A DNA stretch of 64,000 nucleotides from Eledone cirrhosa (GCA_964016885.1 OZ024741.1:103664001-103728000), one strand, 5' to 3'. Counted from the first letter of the stretch, positions 1-13,289 are shown. The notes: generated by a model from the sequence alone, not told the origin. Program-made: numbers and translations.

Positions 1-47
<47 letters not shown>

Positions 48-134
48 CGGAGGAAATGTGGTAAGGAACCAGAATTTATCCAGAATTAGCCGTCGAAACG
101 GCTTGAGCTCAGCCGTCGGGGTCCTACTCGTTCC

Positions 135-193
<59 letters not shown>

Positions 194-209
194 AAGATAT
201 ATATAAAGA

Positions 210-241
<32 letters not shown>

Positions 242-242
242 A

Positions 243-309
<67 letters not shown>

Positions 310-375
310 ATTATATATATATATATATAAAGATATATATATATATATTATATATATATATATATGCATATAAAG

Positions 376-444
<69 letters not shown>

Positions 445-445
445 T

Positions 446-476
<31 letters not shown>

Positions 477-490
477 GTATATGTATATAA

Positions 491-554
<64 letters not shown>
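1..554. repeat. (TA)n microsatellite field with an ~90 bp insert (47-135)
   Basis: Direct: long TA runs. The insert shares CGAAACGG..GAGCTCAGCCGTCGGGGTCC with 2915-2946 (reverse) and 48121-48248. Confidence 0.95.
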
Positions 555-557
<3 letters not shown>

Positions 558-645
558 AAAGTTCTATTTAAATTGTTGGGATACAACAAATAAATATTTT
601 TATAACTGATATAAAGCACTCGACAAGTATTTGGAGTAGATATAC

Positions 646-959
646 GATATTAACAAATGGAAACTATATTTATAAAACCATATTTATTTCATTTATACAT
701 ATTTCAAGGATACCAAGTTAAATTATGGTATGCCTTCATCAGACAAAATACAATATATACCGTTACTTTTGGAAGGCATCAGGATGCCTTCCAAAAGTAA
801 CGGTCGCATTTTGAAAGGGTACGTCAATGTTTATTTATAAAACTGGTATATATTGTATTTTGTCTGATGAAGGCATACCATAATTTAACTTGGTATCCTT
901 GAAATATGTATAATGAAATAAATATGGTTTTATAAATATAGTTTCCATTTGTTAATATC
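646..959. mobile_element. Fold-back mini-element with a hammerhead-like core in each arm
   Basis: Arms 646-761 and 845-959 are reverse complements, with an inner perfect hairpin at 759-804. CTGATGA(864)-AGGCATACCA..TGGTATCCTT-GAAA-TATGTA-TA on +. Stem I pairs poorly. Confidence 0.65.
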
Positions 960-1470
960 ATATATATATATAAAGATTTAAGGTGAATTTATTATAGATA
1001 ATATAAGTATGTATACGTATATGTATACAAACGTACAGTAGTATGTATATTCTCACTCTTAGTACGGCTTATACTCAAATATAAGTATGTATACGTACAT
1101 ATATATATGTATACAGACGTACAGTCCTATGTATATACATATATACATGCACACATATATATATGTACGTATGGGTTTACCGAGCATTTATTATAATGCT
1201 CGGTTTGTTTGTAAACAAACAGCCCGAATTATTAGCCGTACAGTGTTTGGCAACCACCGTTGCCATTTTGTTCAACACTGACAAAGTATCAGCTGTACTA
1301 AGAGTGAGAAATGAAATTTCATTTTTCCATTTATTATAGATACTTTAACTTGTACATCGTAGAAGAATGTGGCTTCTTTAAGATCCTCTTCGGTAAACTT
1401 AATTACATATAAATGTGTGTGTGTAAGATGTTGTTTCTACATAGTGGTTTAAAGTCTGAAGCGTGCTCAA

Positions 1471-1572
<102 letters not shown>

Positions 1573-2454
1573 AGCTCCTTCGGTTGAGCACTCCTCAGCT
1601 TCATATCGGACCAAGGAAACAATGTTTCCGTTGGTCTTTCTAACGCTACACCAAACAAGGTGAGGTACAATTTTGAACTCAGAATTTGCAGACAATTGGC
1701 AGATGCTGGAAAGCATTCTGTTCCGCCAATCTGGACTGGTGGTTCTTCATTGACCGCAAAAACATGTAAGGCAAAGTTGTGTCAGATGGGATTTAAATTC
1801 CCATAGTTATACCTCAACACTCTCACACACACATATTTAAAAATAGCATATTACTAGTTAAGGAGTAGTGTGTGTTTACATATATATGTATATATATATT
1901 CAATGTGCTCTACCTTTCCTGGTAGGGTCTATACCGTAGTTAGAACTCAATGTAAACCGTAGGGATGTAGTTCAGTGGGATCCAGTGATTGGTTCCGTAT
2001 TTCGTTGAATTAACCTTTCAATTAATGAGATGTAAAATAACTTGCCTTTGTTATCATTGTTAAATAAAATATGTAATATATATATATATATATATTGACC
2101 AGGATTGAATCCATGACCACAATGTTCACCGTCTCTAACACCTACCGATACGACACTGAGACAACTACGAAAATTTTATGAAAATTCATACTTTCAAAAT
2201 TTTTAAAACAAAATGATATGATGTCGTTGACCCAATGCTTTGCTTAATTGTTTTATTTATTATAAAAAAAAAATTATTCTTTCTCTTAGACTTCAGGTAT
2301 TTTTTTAAAGCTAAGCATTGGCCCCCTAAAATACTACAGTGGGCCCTGCAATGTAACCTGGCCAGTCCGCCACTGTATATATATATATATATATATATAG
2401 TGGCGAACTGGCTGGGTGTCATTGCAGGGCCCACTGTTGTATTTTAGGTAAACA

Positions 2455-2650
2455 GATGTAAACAGAAATAACAACACAATCGGTACAGTATATGGAGGGG
2501 ATATATTAGGTTAACGCTTGATATAGCAGGAAGAGGGTCTTAACGTTTCGGACGCTAGTCCTTCGTCAGAAGAAAGAATGAGAAACTAGATAGATTGAGG
2601 GGACGGGCGGGTTGGAATTGGAAAAAATGCCTTTAGATAGAAAAGATTTG
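2455..2650 (-). mobile_element. Solo 3' end (pLTR-like) of the PLE family seen at 35213-37030, with hammerhead at 2538-2573
   Basis: Reverse complement closely matches 36860-37030. Minus strand reads TCTT-CTGACGA-AGGAC TAGC GTCC-GAAA-CG-TT-AAGA. Confidence 0.8.
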
Positions 2651-3024
2651 AGATTGGGCATATTGAAGGTACTAGGGTGGGAGTGAAAAATAGACCGGTG
2701 AGAAGGTGGTGTAAGAAGATTGTAGTAGAGGAAAAGTGGTAGAGAGTTGTGGAATATTTAAACGCAAGAAGCAAAGAAAATTTCAAAGATACGAAAGATT
2801 TCCTGGTGGAAGTTCAGGTGTACTCCGGGTTGGTATCCAGTTTCGGGGTGAAAATCCAATTAGAAAATCCAACGAATTTTATATATGAAAAATTCGGGAC
2901 CCCGACGGCTGAGCTCCTGCCGTTTCAACAACTAAATCCGAACTCATATATATACACTACTGGTCTCCCGGCCTTCGCCTCCGGTCTGTATTGTGCTCAA
3001 ATCTACATATAAGGCACCTATTTT

Positions 3025-3240
3025 AGGGGCGGTGGAAGCATTTCTGAATTGGCCGGTGGGGGTAAATTTAGTTGTTTAGCTCTTTGCACTTGGTCAGAAA
3101 ACTTCGATTTGCGATAAACATAACATGCACATAAATTGTAACGCATATCCAAATAGATGCGTGTTTTGATAGTTTGGGGAGGAAATATAATTATTGGAGG
3201 GGGGCATGCACCCCACCCCCACCCCAGTTCCACCACTGCT
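3025..3240. mobile_element. MITE-like dispersed repeat (related segments at 10300-10426 and 35161-35214)
   Basis: Imperfect terminal inverted repeats AGGGGCGGTGGAA / TTCCACCACTGCT. Internal similarity between copies seen by eye. Confidence 0.5.
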
Positions 3241-3348
3241 GTATATATATAATTTTTAAAAATGATGCTCTATGCCCTTTTCTAAGGGGTTAATATATCG
3301 AGCTTCTTCGCATTTGGTAAGTAACTGGTAATATACCCAATTTATTCG

Positions 3349-3392
<44 letters not shown>

Positions 3393-3393
<1 letters not shown>

Positions 3394-3570
3394 TTCATTT
3401 ATTATGGCTATTGGTGAGCTTTGTTACTCTAAAGTTTCACCGTCGCACTCACAGCATCACCAGACTTGTCTGGTGAGTACACAGGTGAGACTCCAGAGTA
3501 ACAAGGCTTAGCCATAATAAATGAGACCTGAGACTCCAGAGTAACAAGGCTTAGCCATAATAAATGAATA
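3393..3570 (+). mobile_element. Fold-back mini-element with variant hammerhead (3465-3505)
   Basis: 3393-3442 is an imperfect inverted copy of 3484-3524, and 3486-3524 is tandemly duplicated. CTTGT-CTGGTGA-..-GAGA-CTCCAGAG-TA-ACAAG gives a 5-bp stem I. Confidence 0.55.
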
Positions 3571-3929
3571 TTTAAACTCTACTTCGGTATTGAGTTTTCA
3601 TTCTTACGTCTGTTAATAATTCACGTACTCTCAGGTCTTTAATAATCGTCCTCTCACCGCTTATTAATTTGTCAGACCCCATCCCCCGGTTTTTATTAAA
3701 TTTTGCTAATCTATCCCCGGTAAAATGTTATTGTAAGTGACTCATATTGATACAGCAGCTAGAGAATCTAAAACATTTATTTTACATTAAAAAACATTAT
3801 ATATGACAAAAGAAGAACATTACAAGAAATCCCATATTTATGAACGTACACTATACAATTACTGATTTCACAAGCCTCCCACCTTTACTGCCACCCCCTC
3901 CTATTATTTGGGACCGGAGAGTACCACCA

Positions 3930-4340
3930 AACTCTTCTCCTCTCTATGTCTATCACACACATAACTCTCTTTTAATTCCCCTCTCTGTATCTACAAAAAC
4001 TAAACTCTGCCTCTCACTATATCTTCCACGACACCGCTTCACATATCCCACTCTCAATATCTAAGACTAATACACTCTCTCGCTCTCTACAAATCACCTC
4101 TAAACTCTCCCCTTTATATCTACTACACGACACTCTCCCATTATCCCTCTCTGTATATATACAACCACCAAATTCTCCCCCTCTCTACACCTACTACACA
4201 GAACTCTCTTCCAATCCACTTCTCTATATAAATTAACACTAAATTCTCTCCCTCTCTATATCAATAAACATCAAACTCTCCCCCTCTCTATATCAACTAC
4301 AAGGAACTCTCTCCCAACCCCTCTCTATATCAATTACCAC
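3930..4340. repeat. Degenerate CT-rich minisatellite (CTCTCCCCTCTCTATATCAACTAC-like) that resumes at 10062-10300
   Basis: Recurrent motif on both sides of LINE copy 1. Confidence 0.7.
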
Positions 4341-4542
4341 TTGATATAGACGTGAATTACTTCACTCCGGATTTTTACGGATTATTGTAAAAAAAAACTG
4401 TGAGTTCATTGCTCAATTTAATAGCATTATTTAGTAGAACCCCTTACCTGGGCCGTCAGACGTTGAGTCAACTAATTTTCGCCCCTTTCTGGAGCGAAAT
4501 TTTCATTTTCATCTCAAAACTGTGTAGACTTGGTAGTCAGCA

Positions 4543-6341
4543 ATGGATGCCATTTCCACCTCGCACACTGTCGTGAGTGCCACGCCCACTATGAAAAGTA
4601 GTGGAGGGAAGGTAGGAGTACAAAGCTTGCAGCCTTCCCCCCTTGCATTATCGAAAAACGTTGAAAATATTGAAACCACGAAACCAAACCCGGTAAATAA
4701 TACCAGCACCAACAACAAGAACAATGACAATAACACCACAACCAACAACTGCAACAATAACAACACCAAGGAAAACATGAACAATATTACCAACAGTGAC
4801 AACAACAGCAGCAACAAAAAAGACAACAAAACCAAAACAACATTCGCACAGACTGTAAAAAAAAAACGAACTATACACGCCAATAGACATAACAAATGCT
4901 AAACAACTATTACAAGACGCAAAACAATTCGTGACGTTTGGCGAAAACGGTGCTTTTAGCATCAATTCTCCACAGGAATTACGTAGAGAGGCTGTCCTGA
5001 AAACTGTGGTTTTCAGGACAATATCGAACGAAACAAGAAAACCAGCTCAATTATCACAAAATGAAATTGAGCTGGTTCTAAAAGATGCAATGAAGGACAT
5101 AACCTTCATACAAAAAGGTAAACTGTTTGGTAGCATTTCGGTGCTAATGAACAACCAGTCAACAGCACAAAAGTACTCGGTATCACCCATTGTGTCCTCC
5201 CGCTTCACCTTTTTCCCCACATACAGGGGAAAAAGGACACAAAGAATAAAAATAATGAGTATCACACCAAATGTAAATATTTGGTGGATACTATGTGGAA
5301 TCATTGACTTTGATGAAGACAAGATAATTTCAATAGTCCTCCGGAGGTGTATTTGATGGGACCAGCGTAGAAGTTCTGGTGCAAATGAGCCCAGAACGAA
5401 TAGCGAATATCCCACAACGCGTGCCTCTGGACGGGCTAACTTATATAAACATTTCAGTGGAGGGAAGGCGGCCGTCATGTTACCACTGCTTAAGCAGGGG
5501 TCACCTGAGGGCTGCCTGTCCTCAATTAACGAGTAAAAAAAAAAAGGCTCTTCTGCCAACCCCGAACACAGCAACACAACCACCACCACCACCACCACCA
5601 CCACCACCACCACAACAACAACAACAACAACAACAACCACAACAACACGGAAAAATAACAACACAAAATACTGTTCCACCCAACCCCTCCCCACCTAAAA
5701 CAAATACAAAAGCAACCACAACAAAACCCCAAAATATACCCCTCCCCAACAACAGGAAGAGGACTCCGTATCAACGTCACCCAGTGACGACGAGGGAGAA
5801 CACTTTCAACAGGTGAAAAGAAAAGAAAAAGGCACCACATTAACAAAAATGCTACAAACACACAACCACCAGCACAAACAGGACAAACATCATAAACAAA
5901 AACTACAAAACGAAACACGCACAAGAACAACAAACAAAAACAAACACAACACAACAAAAACTCTATACATACATTAACAAGAACAATAAAACGTTGATGA
6001 AAGCAATAGAAAATAACCCTTCGGTGGAAACCGAAGGGATCACTTTCGCCTACGCAGCGAACAAACCGCACCTAATGATGATTAGGGTCCCAATGGAAAC
6101 CTATGTAACTTTGAAAAAGAACCATCCAATGCATGTGGGGACCAACTGCACCAAACCACTTAACCACGTCCTATTGAGATGTTTCCCCACCCCCACACCA
6201 GACACCCACACCCCACCAAACACCCTAATCCCACCACACACAGATGTCCTCACCCCACCACAAACCACCACCCCACCAAACAACCCTTCCAACACCCCCA
6301 TGGAAATTGTGCAGCCTGGTCCCCAGGAGACGAAGAGGTAA
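4543..6341 (+). pseudogene. LINE copy 1 ORF1 (frameshifted), Asn/Thr-rich N-terminus, CCHC knuckle, poly-P/Q linker
   Basis: ORF pieces 4543-4902, 4931-5356, 5379-5816, 5994-6341. Knuckle CYHCLSRGHLRAAC. Confidence 0.85.
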
Positions 6342-6383
6342 GTAATTTCCTTTCCTCTTCTTTTTTAACTCTTCAGCACCAGC

Positions 6384-9300
6384 ATGGCCAATATAAGAGT
6401 TGGATGTGTGAATGCACGCGGCCTGGGGATGTCCTGGAAACAGGGCAAACTCTTAAATAACCTCAGGTCGCACAGAGTGGATGTAATGGTTATTTGCGAG
6501 TCCGGGATCAGCAGCGAGCGCCAACTGGCCCCCATCTTCGACGACTTTGAGATCTACGCATCTCTCTGTCAGCCGAGGGGTGGGTGTGGGGTTGTCGTTC
6601 TGCTGCGAAAATACCTGGGTCTTGCCACACAGAAGGTACACCTGGACCCGGAGGGTCGACTGGTGGTTTTAGACGTCGGCAGTGGTGAAGGTGGAGCTTT
6701 CAGGCTGGTGGCAGCGTATGCCCCATCTGGGACACCGCGACCGGACTACTTCCGACGCCTGGAGAATTTCCTGGGAACGTCTCGCTCCTTGCTTTTAGTG
6801 GGGGACTGGAATGGTATCCTGGATGCACGTTGGGACTATGTAGGGGCATGTCCCGATAGAGGGGGTGTAACAGCCTCAAACGATTAATCAGCCGATTTGA
6901 TCTGGCCGATAGATATCGACTAGATTTTCCGACTGCGCCACTATGGACGTGGACTAATCTTAGCGGAACATCTAGGTCGTACCTAGATAGGTTCGTAGTT
7001 AGAAATAAGGATAGGGACATATTAAGCTGTCCACGAATGTTCATGGTTGACTATTCGGATCACAAGCTGGTGACCGGAGTGGTCAACCTTGATAGAACTC
7101 ATAGACAGGGACCCGGTTACTGGAAGCTAAACTTGCCTTACCGACAAACAAAGCTTACAGTAAGCGGATTAGCACTCTAGTTAAGCAGCGTTTGACGAGG
7201 GTAATTGTCAAGAGCAGGTGGTGGGGCTCTCTCAAGAGAGAAATTAGAATAGAGTCGATAGGTTTTAGTCGGGAATTAGCATCATATAGGAATAGAACTG
7301 AAAGGGATTAACAAATAGAGTAGAAGAGGCGATTAGGAGTGGCAACGTGGCCAGCGTGCTGGCGTCAAGAACGGCCCTAGACCAGTTCTTTGATGCGAAG
7401 CACGAGGGCTGCGTTGTCAGGAGTAAAATACGTGCTCTGGGTAACGAGGGAGCCAAAGCTGTTAGCTGGGCCCGAGTGATAGTGGCAAAAAGTGGAAACA
7501 AGTCCACGATTCGGTCTTTGAAGGACCAGGATGGACGCGTGATCCTTGAACCTGAGCGGATGAGCGCGGCCTTTCAACGGCGCTTTGCACGACTGTTCGG
7601 GAGGGGCGGCGGGCCGGGTGGAGCCATGGATTTTGGTCCATACCTCGACGGTCTGGCGCTGCTCTCGGACGGGGAGGCGAAGTCCTGCGAGAGGCCGATT
7701 TCAGCCGCTGAAATAGGGCAAGCGCTGAGCCAATGCGGCAAACACAAATCTCCGGGTCTCGATGGTCTACCATACGAACTTTATGTAGCGATGCCGGGCT
7801 TGTTCTCCGGTCTCCTCGAGGCGGTCTACTGCAACTGGCAACAGAACGGGAGAATTCCCAGTTCTGTGACCAAGGGCGTAGTCACGCTGGTGAGGAAGGA
7901 TGAGAACAAGGGGGATGACATTGATAACTTCAGGCCCATAACTCTGCTAAACACAGAGTTAAAGATTTTGGCCAAGGTGTTAGCGAAGAGGTTGGCGCTT
8001 GTCGTCGGGAACCTGGTGGGAGAAGCGCAGACATGCGCAATCCCGTCCAGGTCCATACACGACAACCTCCACCTCATGCGATACATCGTAGAGAGGGTAG
8101 GGAACGAACCCGGCTTTGGTGGTGCCTTGATCAACTTGGATCAATCTAAGGCGTTCGATAGGGTTGACCATCGGTACCTGGATGCGGTGCTCGAGGCGGC
8201 AGGCTTCGGACCCGTTTTCAGGGGCTGGATTGCTGCAATGCACAGCAGCAACACCTGCTCGAGGGTCAAGGTGAACGGCTACCTCTCGGAGCCGTTCCAA
8301 ATCACGCGATCCATCCGACAGCGATGCCCTCTCTCCTCCCTTCTGTATGTGCTGGCTCTCGAGCCACTACTGCGGAAGCTGGAGCTGTTGCAGGGCATCC
8401 CCTTGGAACCGGGATTGCGGAAAGCGGTGTCGGCCTACGCCGATGACGTGTCAGTAATGGTGTCGTGCGCCTCGGAAATCGGTCAGATCGGCACCTTACT
8501 GGAGGAATACGAAAGGTTTACAGGAGCCAAGCTGAACCGGGACAAGTCCGTCGGTTTGCAACTCGGAACGTGGAGAGGCAAACCGATGCCCTCCGACGGC
8601 GTCGTCGGACGCTGGACGGAGGGACCGGTGAAGATGCTCAGGGTCTGGTTCGGACCGGACTTCCAGGTGGAGAAAAACGGGGACGAGGTAACGGGCAGGG
8701 TGTTTGCACTCGCCCAGAAGTGGGCCGAGTGCAAACTATCCCTGAAAAGTCGAGCGGAGGTGGCGAACGCTTATATAGCGTCCGTTATCTACTACCGCTT
8801 GACCGTCGTGCCTTGCCCAGAGAAAACACTCACCAAAATGGAGCGCGCGCTCTTCCGATTTCTTTGGAAGAAGCGTGCTCCTTTGGTGAGAAGATCCATC
8901 TGCTGTCAACACCCTTCGAACAGAGGGCTGGGGTTGCCGTGGCTGACGATGCGTAGACACGCATTAAGGCTACGGCACCTCCAGGTATTCTTCACCGGTC
9001 AGCCGGTGTGGGCCTCTTTTGTGAGGCGAGCCTTTCCGAGACTCGTCTCACTCACCGAGCTGCAATCCTGAGTCAAGCAAAGACCGAGAAAAGTGGGCGA
9101 CTGGCACATTGAATGTGCCCAGGCGCTCACGGCCCTCTGGCAAGCGGATCCGGCAATCAGTGGAGACTCAACCTCAACATTCTATAGAGGGTTGGTGCGC
9201 AGTAAGTGCGACGACGCTCTCCGAGAGGCTCTGGGCATGGAGGAAGACGAGCTGGCCAGTCTGTTCGGTAGGACGTTTGGCCCGGGACCGATGGACAATT

Positions 9301-9821
9301 TCCAAAAGTCCCTGGCTTGGCAATGTTACCGAGGAGCTCTACCCGTTCGGGACAAGCTCTACAGACACGGGCGCCCGGGTAGGGACCCCTTGAAGAAGAT
9401 CTGTCCGAGATGCGTGCGTGACGAGGAAACCGTCGCACACGCATTCGTACACTGCCCGGGCGTTGCTGACCTGTGGGGCTATGTGGAACGACTACTGTCG
9501 CGGGTGGGACCAATCCGGTTGACCACCGAGAACATTGTCATGATCAAACCGCCTCCCCCTTTCAAAAACGAAGGAGAGGCGGTTTTCCTCTGTGTTATAG
9601 CTATGGCGAAAGAAGTTGTATGGTGGACAAGGTTGAAAGGGCTGAGGTCAGACACCTTTCTCTCCGGCCAACAACTGGTCTTTTTTTTCAATTACCACTT
9701 TAGAAGAAGGATCAGAATGGAGAGTGAGTTGCTCTACCCCAGCAAGTTTTATGAAAGGTGGGTGAAAGTAACGAGAATGGCCCGAGTGATGGGCCTTCTC
9801 TCTATATCAGCCTGTACGTGA
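6384..9821 (+). pseudogene. LINE copy 1 ORF2: APE endonuclease, reverse transcriptase, C-terminal CCHC
   Basis: VNARGL, GDWN, SYLDRF, YSDHK (APE); FRPITLLN, DQSKAFDRVDH, YADD (RT); CPRC..ETVAHAFVHC. Frameshifts between ~6880 and ~7340 and an in-frame TGA at 9069. Confidence 0.93.
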
Positions 9822-10639
9822 GAGAGGAGAAGAATGAGAAGAGGAAGGAAGCACCCGCTCTTTGTGCTCCTGAAGAGGAGGGTTGCACATTTTTTCGGGG
9901 GGGGGGGGTGCGACCCATGTCAACGCCCCTCTCTATTGAGGACATCGATTGTTAAATTTAATTTGTTATATGTTTTTTACACGTCTTTTTAAATGTATGT
10001 AAACTCCCCCCTTTGTATTTGTCCCAATCTTTGATGCCCTGGTGGCAAATAAATAGAAATGTATATCAATTACTACCAAATGCCCCTCTCTATATCAATT
10101 AACATCAATCTTTCCCCCTCTCTATATCTAATGTACAACACATTCTCTCAAACCCCCTCGCTATATCAATTACCACCAAATTATCCCCCTCTGTATATCT
10201 ACCATAAAACACTCTCTCTCATTCCCTCTCATTCTAACCAACACTACCAAACTCTCCCCCTCTCTCTATTTATATCTATCTCTCCCATCTGTCTCTACAT
10301 AACATGTCCATAAATTGTAGCGCATATACAAATAGATGTGTGTTTTGGTAGTTTGGGGAGAAAACTATAATTATTAGGTAGGGAGAGGGCATGACCATCC
10401 TGCCTTACCCAGTTCCACTGCCCCTGTATTGGCATCTATCGTAATGCCCATTTTCCTTGAAATAAAAGATGTTAAAAGGTATTAAAATATTGCATACTAT
10501 AATTTTTAGATGTTATTTAATATATCTAGATACAGAAAGTAGTAATGAAAATATTAGAAAAATGTATTCTACGAAAATTATGAGACATTTACCGAACTTC
10601 AGTATATACAATATTTTTAGCTTTTTTTCTTTGGGGCAT

Positions 10640-11180
10640 ATATGAAGAGTTTATGGGGGCTCCTACTCTCGAAAAACCTACATACAATTGGCCATGTGAG
10701 AAACAGCCCTCTTCTAAATGGAGACCGACAACCTGCAGTGTTTAGCCTTGGAACTTGTTAAATGATTCCATTGCTGGGAATTGCAATCATTTGAAACAAA
10801 AAGGGATATCTGTTGATAATTAGCACATCCATTGAAGATTTTGGCGTCAATAATGTGAGGCTGTAGCTCTATCACAACCATACGCGTCCCATTGAGCAAT
10901 TATGGCTGATCTAAGATTTTGAGAAGCATAATGATTGTATCCTTCTTCAATTTAGGTTGTGTGACAGCATACCGGATGGTTCCAGACTGTTGAGGAATTC
11001 AACGGGAACAGCTTGGTCTTCGTTTATCAATAGATTTATATATATGGCTACCTTCATGGATCATTTGTGAGAGATTTTTGTTGAAGGCATTCATATGTTT
11101 TGGGTGGGGGCAAGGATTGCCCTTTCACACAGCCATTCGTCGTTGGAATGGAAAATTTCGAAATTGGGGAACACTTGATT
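10640..11180 (-). pseudogene. Helitron PIF1-like helicase C-terminal fragment
   Basis: Minus-strand manual translation across frames: WLCERAILAP, PVEFLNSLE, LNGTRMVVIEL, LQFP, FSHGQLYVGFSRVG. Confidence 0.85.
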
Positions 11181-11269
11181 AATTAGGTTTACGTTTTCCA
11201 CAACAGTATAAAATGATAAAGGATCAAAACATCCTTCAGTATCGAGGGATTGCTTTTAAACGGCTGAGA

Positions 11270-12370
11270 GGTGGTTATCTGTAACTCTGAGGGTCTTCTT
11301 CCGTTCATGCCTCTGTTAATCTGACTGAAGAAACCTCCATGGCTGAGAAAATCCATGGGTGCCTCACCCCTAATTCCGTTTTCGGAAAAGAAGGTGATTG
11401 CGAGCATATCGGAGGTAATATTAGTTGAAAATTCCTAAGAAAAAAAATTCTTCGTGATCCCCAGCGGGTGTTTTTCTATAAACTTAAATGATTGAGATGC
11501 GCTTATCTGTAACTCCGAAGGTTCCCCCCTCACTCTGCGCCTCCGTTTTCGGAAAAAAGAGTCGTTGGCGCGTGTGTCGGATGTCATATCGTCGAAAACA
11601 AACGAAAAAACCTAGAAAAGAAAAACATTTCCACAGAAGAAATCTCCGAAGGTGGGAAAATTGGAGGGTCAACCCCTCGTCCCCCACTACTCCTTGTGCT
11701 GTATAAATTGGCCGTGCTGGAAGTTGGACACCACGTCAGACATATTTCAATTTTGTAGCACAAACATGGCAGCATCGGAACCATTGTTGACGTATTTGCA
11801 CACATAATTTATAGGTGCCCCTCTCGCCCCAACTCATTCCGTTTTCAGAAAGAAAAAGGAATTGCGAGCATGTTGGAGGTCACATTAGTTAAAAACACAC
11901 GAAAAACGTAGGAAAAAATGTTTCTTCACGATCCCCAGCGGGTGCTTTTCTATAAATATAAAAGGCTAAGAGGTGCTTATCTGTAACTCCAAGGGTCCCC
12001 CTCCCTCTCCGCCTCCGTTTTCGGAAAAAATAGTCGTTGGCGAGTGAGTCAGAATAACAACAAAAATAATCACTTGTCATTATAGTGAAAATTATTTTTT
12101 TGCGTTGTTCGACATACAGAAATACACATACACACACAGGAATACACACATTACATTTTACTTAGTTAGAGAGAGGGGGTGGATTGAGTGAGAGTTGGAG
12201 TAGTGTTTCTCTCTATATATATAGATAGCATGACGGAAGAACAGACAGTATCTATGTGCTAGAAAGAGTAGTAAATTTTCCCCCAACTCGTCCACCATTC
12301 AATTTTCGGACAATAAGTCAACAGCCAGCTTGCTGCAGGTCAGATGAGTTGAAAACACACGAAAAACATT
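11270..12370. repeat. Degenerate ~450-bp duplicated block next to the Helitron fragment
   Basis: CCGTTTTCGGAAAA, GATCCCCAGCGGGTG and CTTATCTGTAACTCC recur at 11366-11570 and 11820-12050, partially at 12280-12370. Confidence 0.6.
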
Positions 12371-12559
12371 AATTATTATCAATTTTATTTCGTGTTATTA
12401 GCGGTCAACGTACAGATAAATTTGCTTTATATATATATATATATATATATATCAGCATGGAGGCGGTAAAAACCAGTAAGACCATTACTCGCCAGAGTAC
12501 TCGATACTTATTTGTACTTTATTTTGTTTTCCTCAAAACTTTTCATACCATCCTATACT

Positions 12560-12780
12560 TTTGAGCACCAATGATTACGATCTGCTGCCAAAACTTCAAG
12601 CTGACTTGCGTGAACTTTCCTTCAGTTCATCATTGAACCTTTTCCTGGGTTTGCACTGCTTCCGTTTCCCCTGAACAAGTTCACCATAAAACAGCCGTTT
12701 TGAAGAACATTCGTCATGCATACGGACAAGGTGCCCCGACTATCTGAGTTGGTTTCTCTACATTAAATATTGTTCTACCT
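12560..12780 (-). pseudogene. RTE-clade LINE 3' fragment
   Basis: Minus translation GHLVRMHD..KRLFYGELVQGKRKQCKPRKRF, typical of RTE C-termini. Confidence 0.6.
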
Positions 12781-12839
12781 GCTGCTGATATTCCTTCAAG
12801 TCACTATTTAACCTTGTGTGTGTGTGTTTCTGATGTAAA

Positions 12840-13262
12840 TAATTGTTTCTACTTTTGGCACAAGGCCAGCAATTATCCAGTGTATTACTGGTACTTTATT
12901 TTATCGACCCCGTAAGGATGAAAGGCAAAGTTAATCTCGGCGAGATTTGAACTCAGACCATAAAGGGCCGTAACTCTTTGCTGCAAAGCATGGCGTCCCA
13001 CCCTCTACTGATACTGCCAATCCACCGTTCGTTTCTGATGTAAATAATGGTTTCTTATATAGGCAGAAGGCCAGTAATTTGGGAGGAGGGGAAAGTCGAT
13101 TAAATCAACCCCAGTGCGTGACTGGTACTTTATTTTATCGACCCCATAAGGATGAAAGGCAAAGTTAACCTCGGCGGGATTTGAGCTCAGATCATAAAGA
13201 GCCGTAACTCTATGCTGCAAAGCATAGCGTCCGACCCTCTACTGATACTGCCAATCCACCGT
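12840..13262 (-). mobile_element. Tandem pair of tRNA-derived SINEs (Meta-domain-like family)
   Basis: Head GGTGGATTGGCAGTATC, B-box GAGTTCAAATC, central GCCTTTCATCCTTACGGGGTCGATAAAATAAAGTACCAG, (TTA) tail. Many copies in the window. Confidence 0.8.
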
Positions 13263-13289
13263 TCGTTTCTGATGTAAATAATGAAGAGA

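Larger units (their letters stand above)
4345..10061 (+). mobile_element. Full-length, decayed Tx1/L1-clade non-LTR retrotransposon (copy 1)
   Basis: ORF1 with zinc knuckle plus ORF2 (APE-RT-CCHC). The 5' end ATAGACGTG is shared with copy 2. 3' end GTGGCAAATAAATAGAAAT. Candidate TSD TATATCAATTAC (4326-4337 / 10062-10073). Confidence 0.93.

Noticed and set aside
58-619. Long YI/CV/HT/ER-repeat ORFs here and at 20234-23396, 30609-31976, 45169-45844
   Set aside because: Translations of dinucleotide microsatellites, which lack stop codons by construction.
5047-6071. Hydrophobic antisense ORFs over LINE ORF1 (also 4509-4965, 42098-43719, 58973-60425)
   Set aside because: Shadow frames of CAA/ACA-rich low-complexity ORF1.
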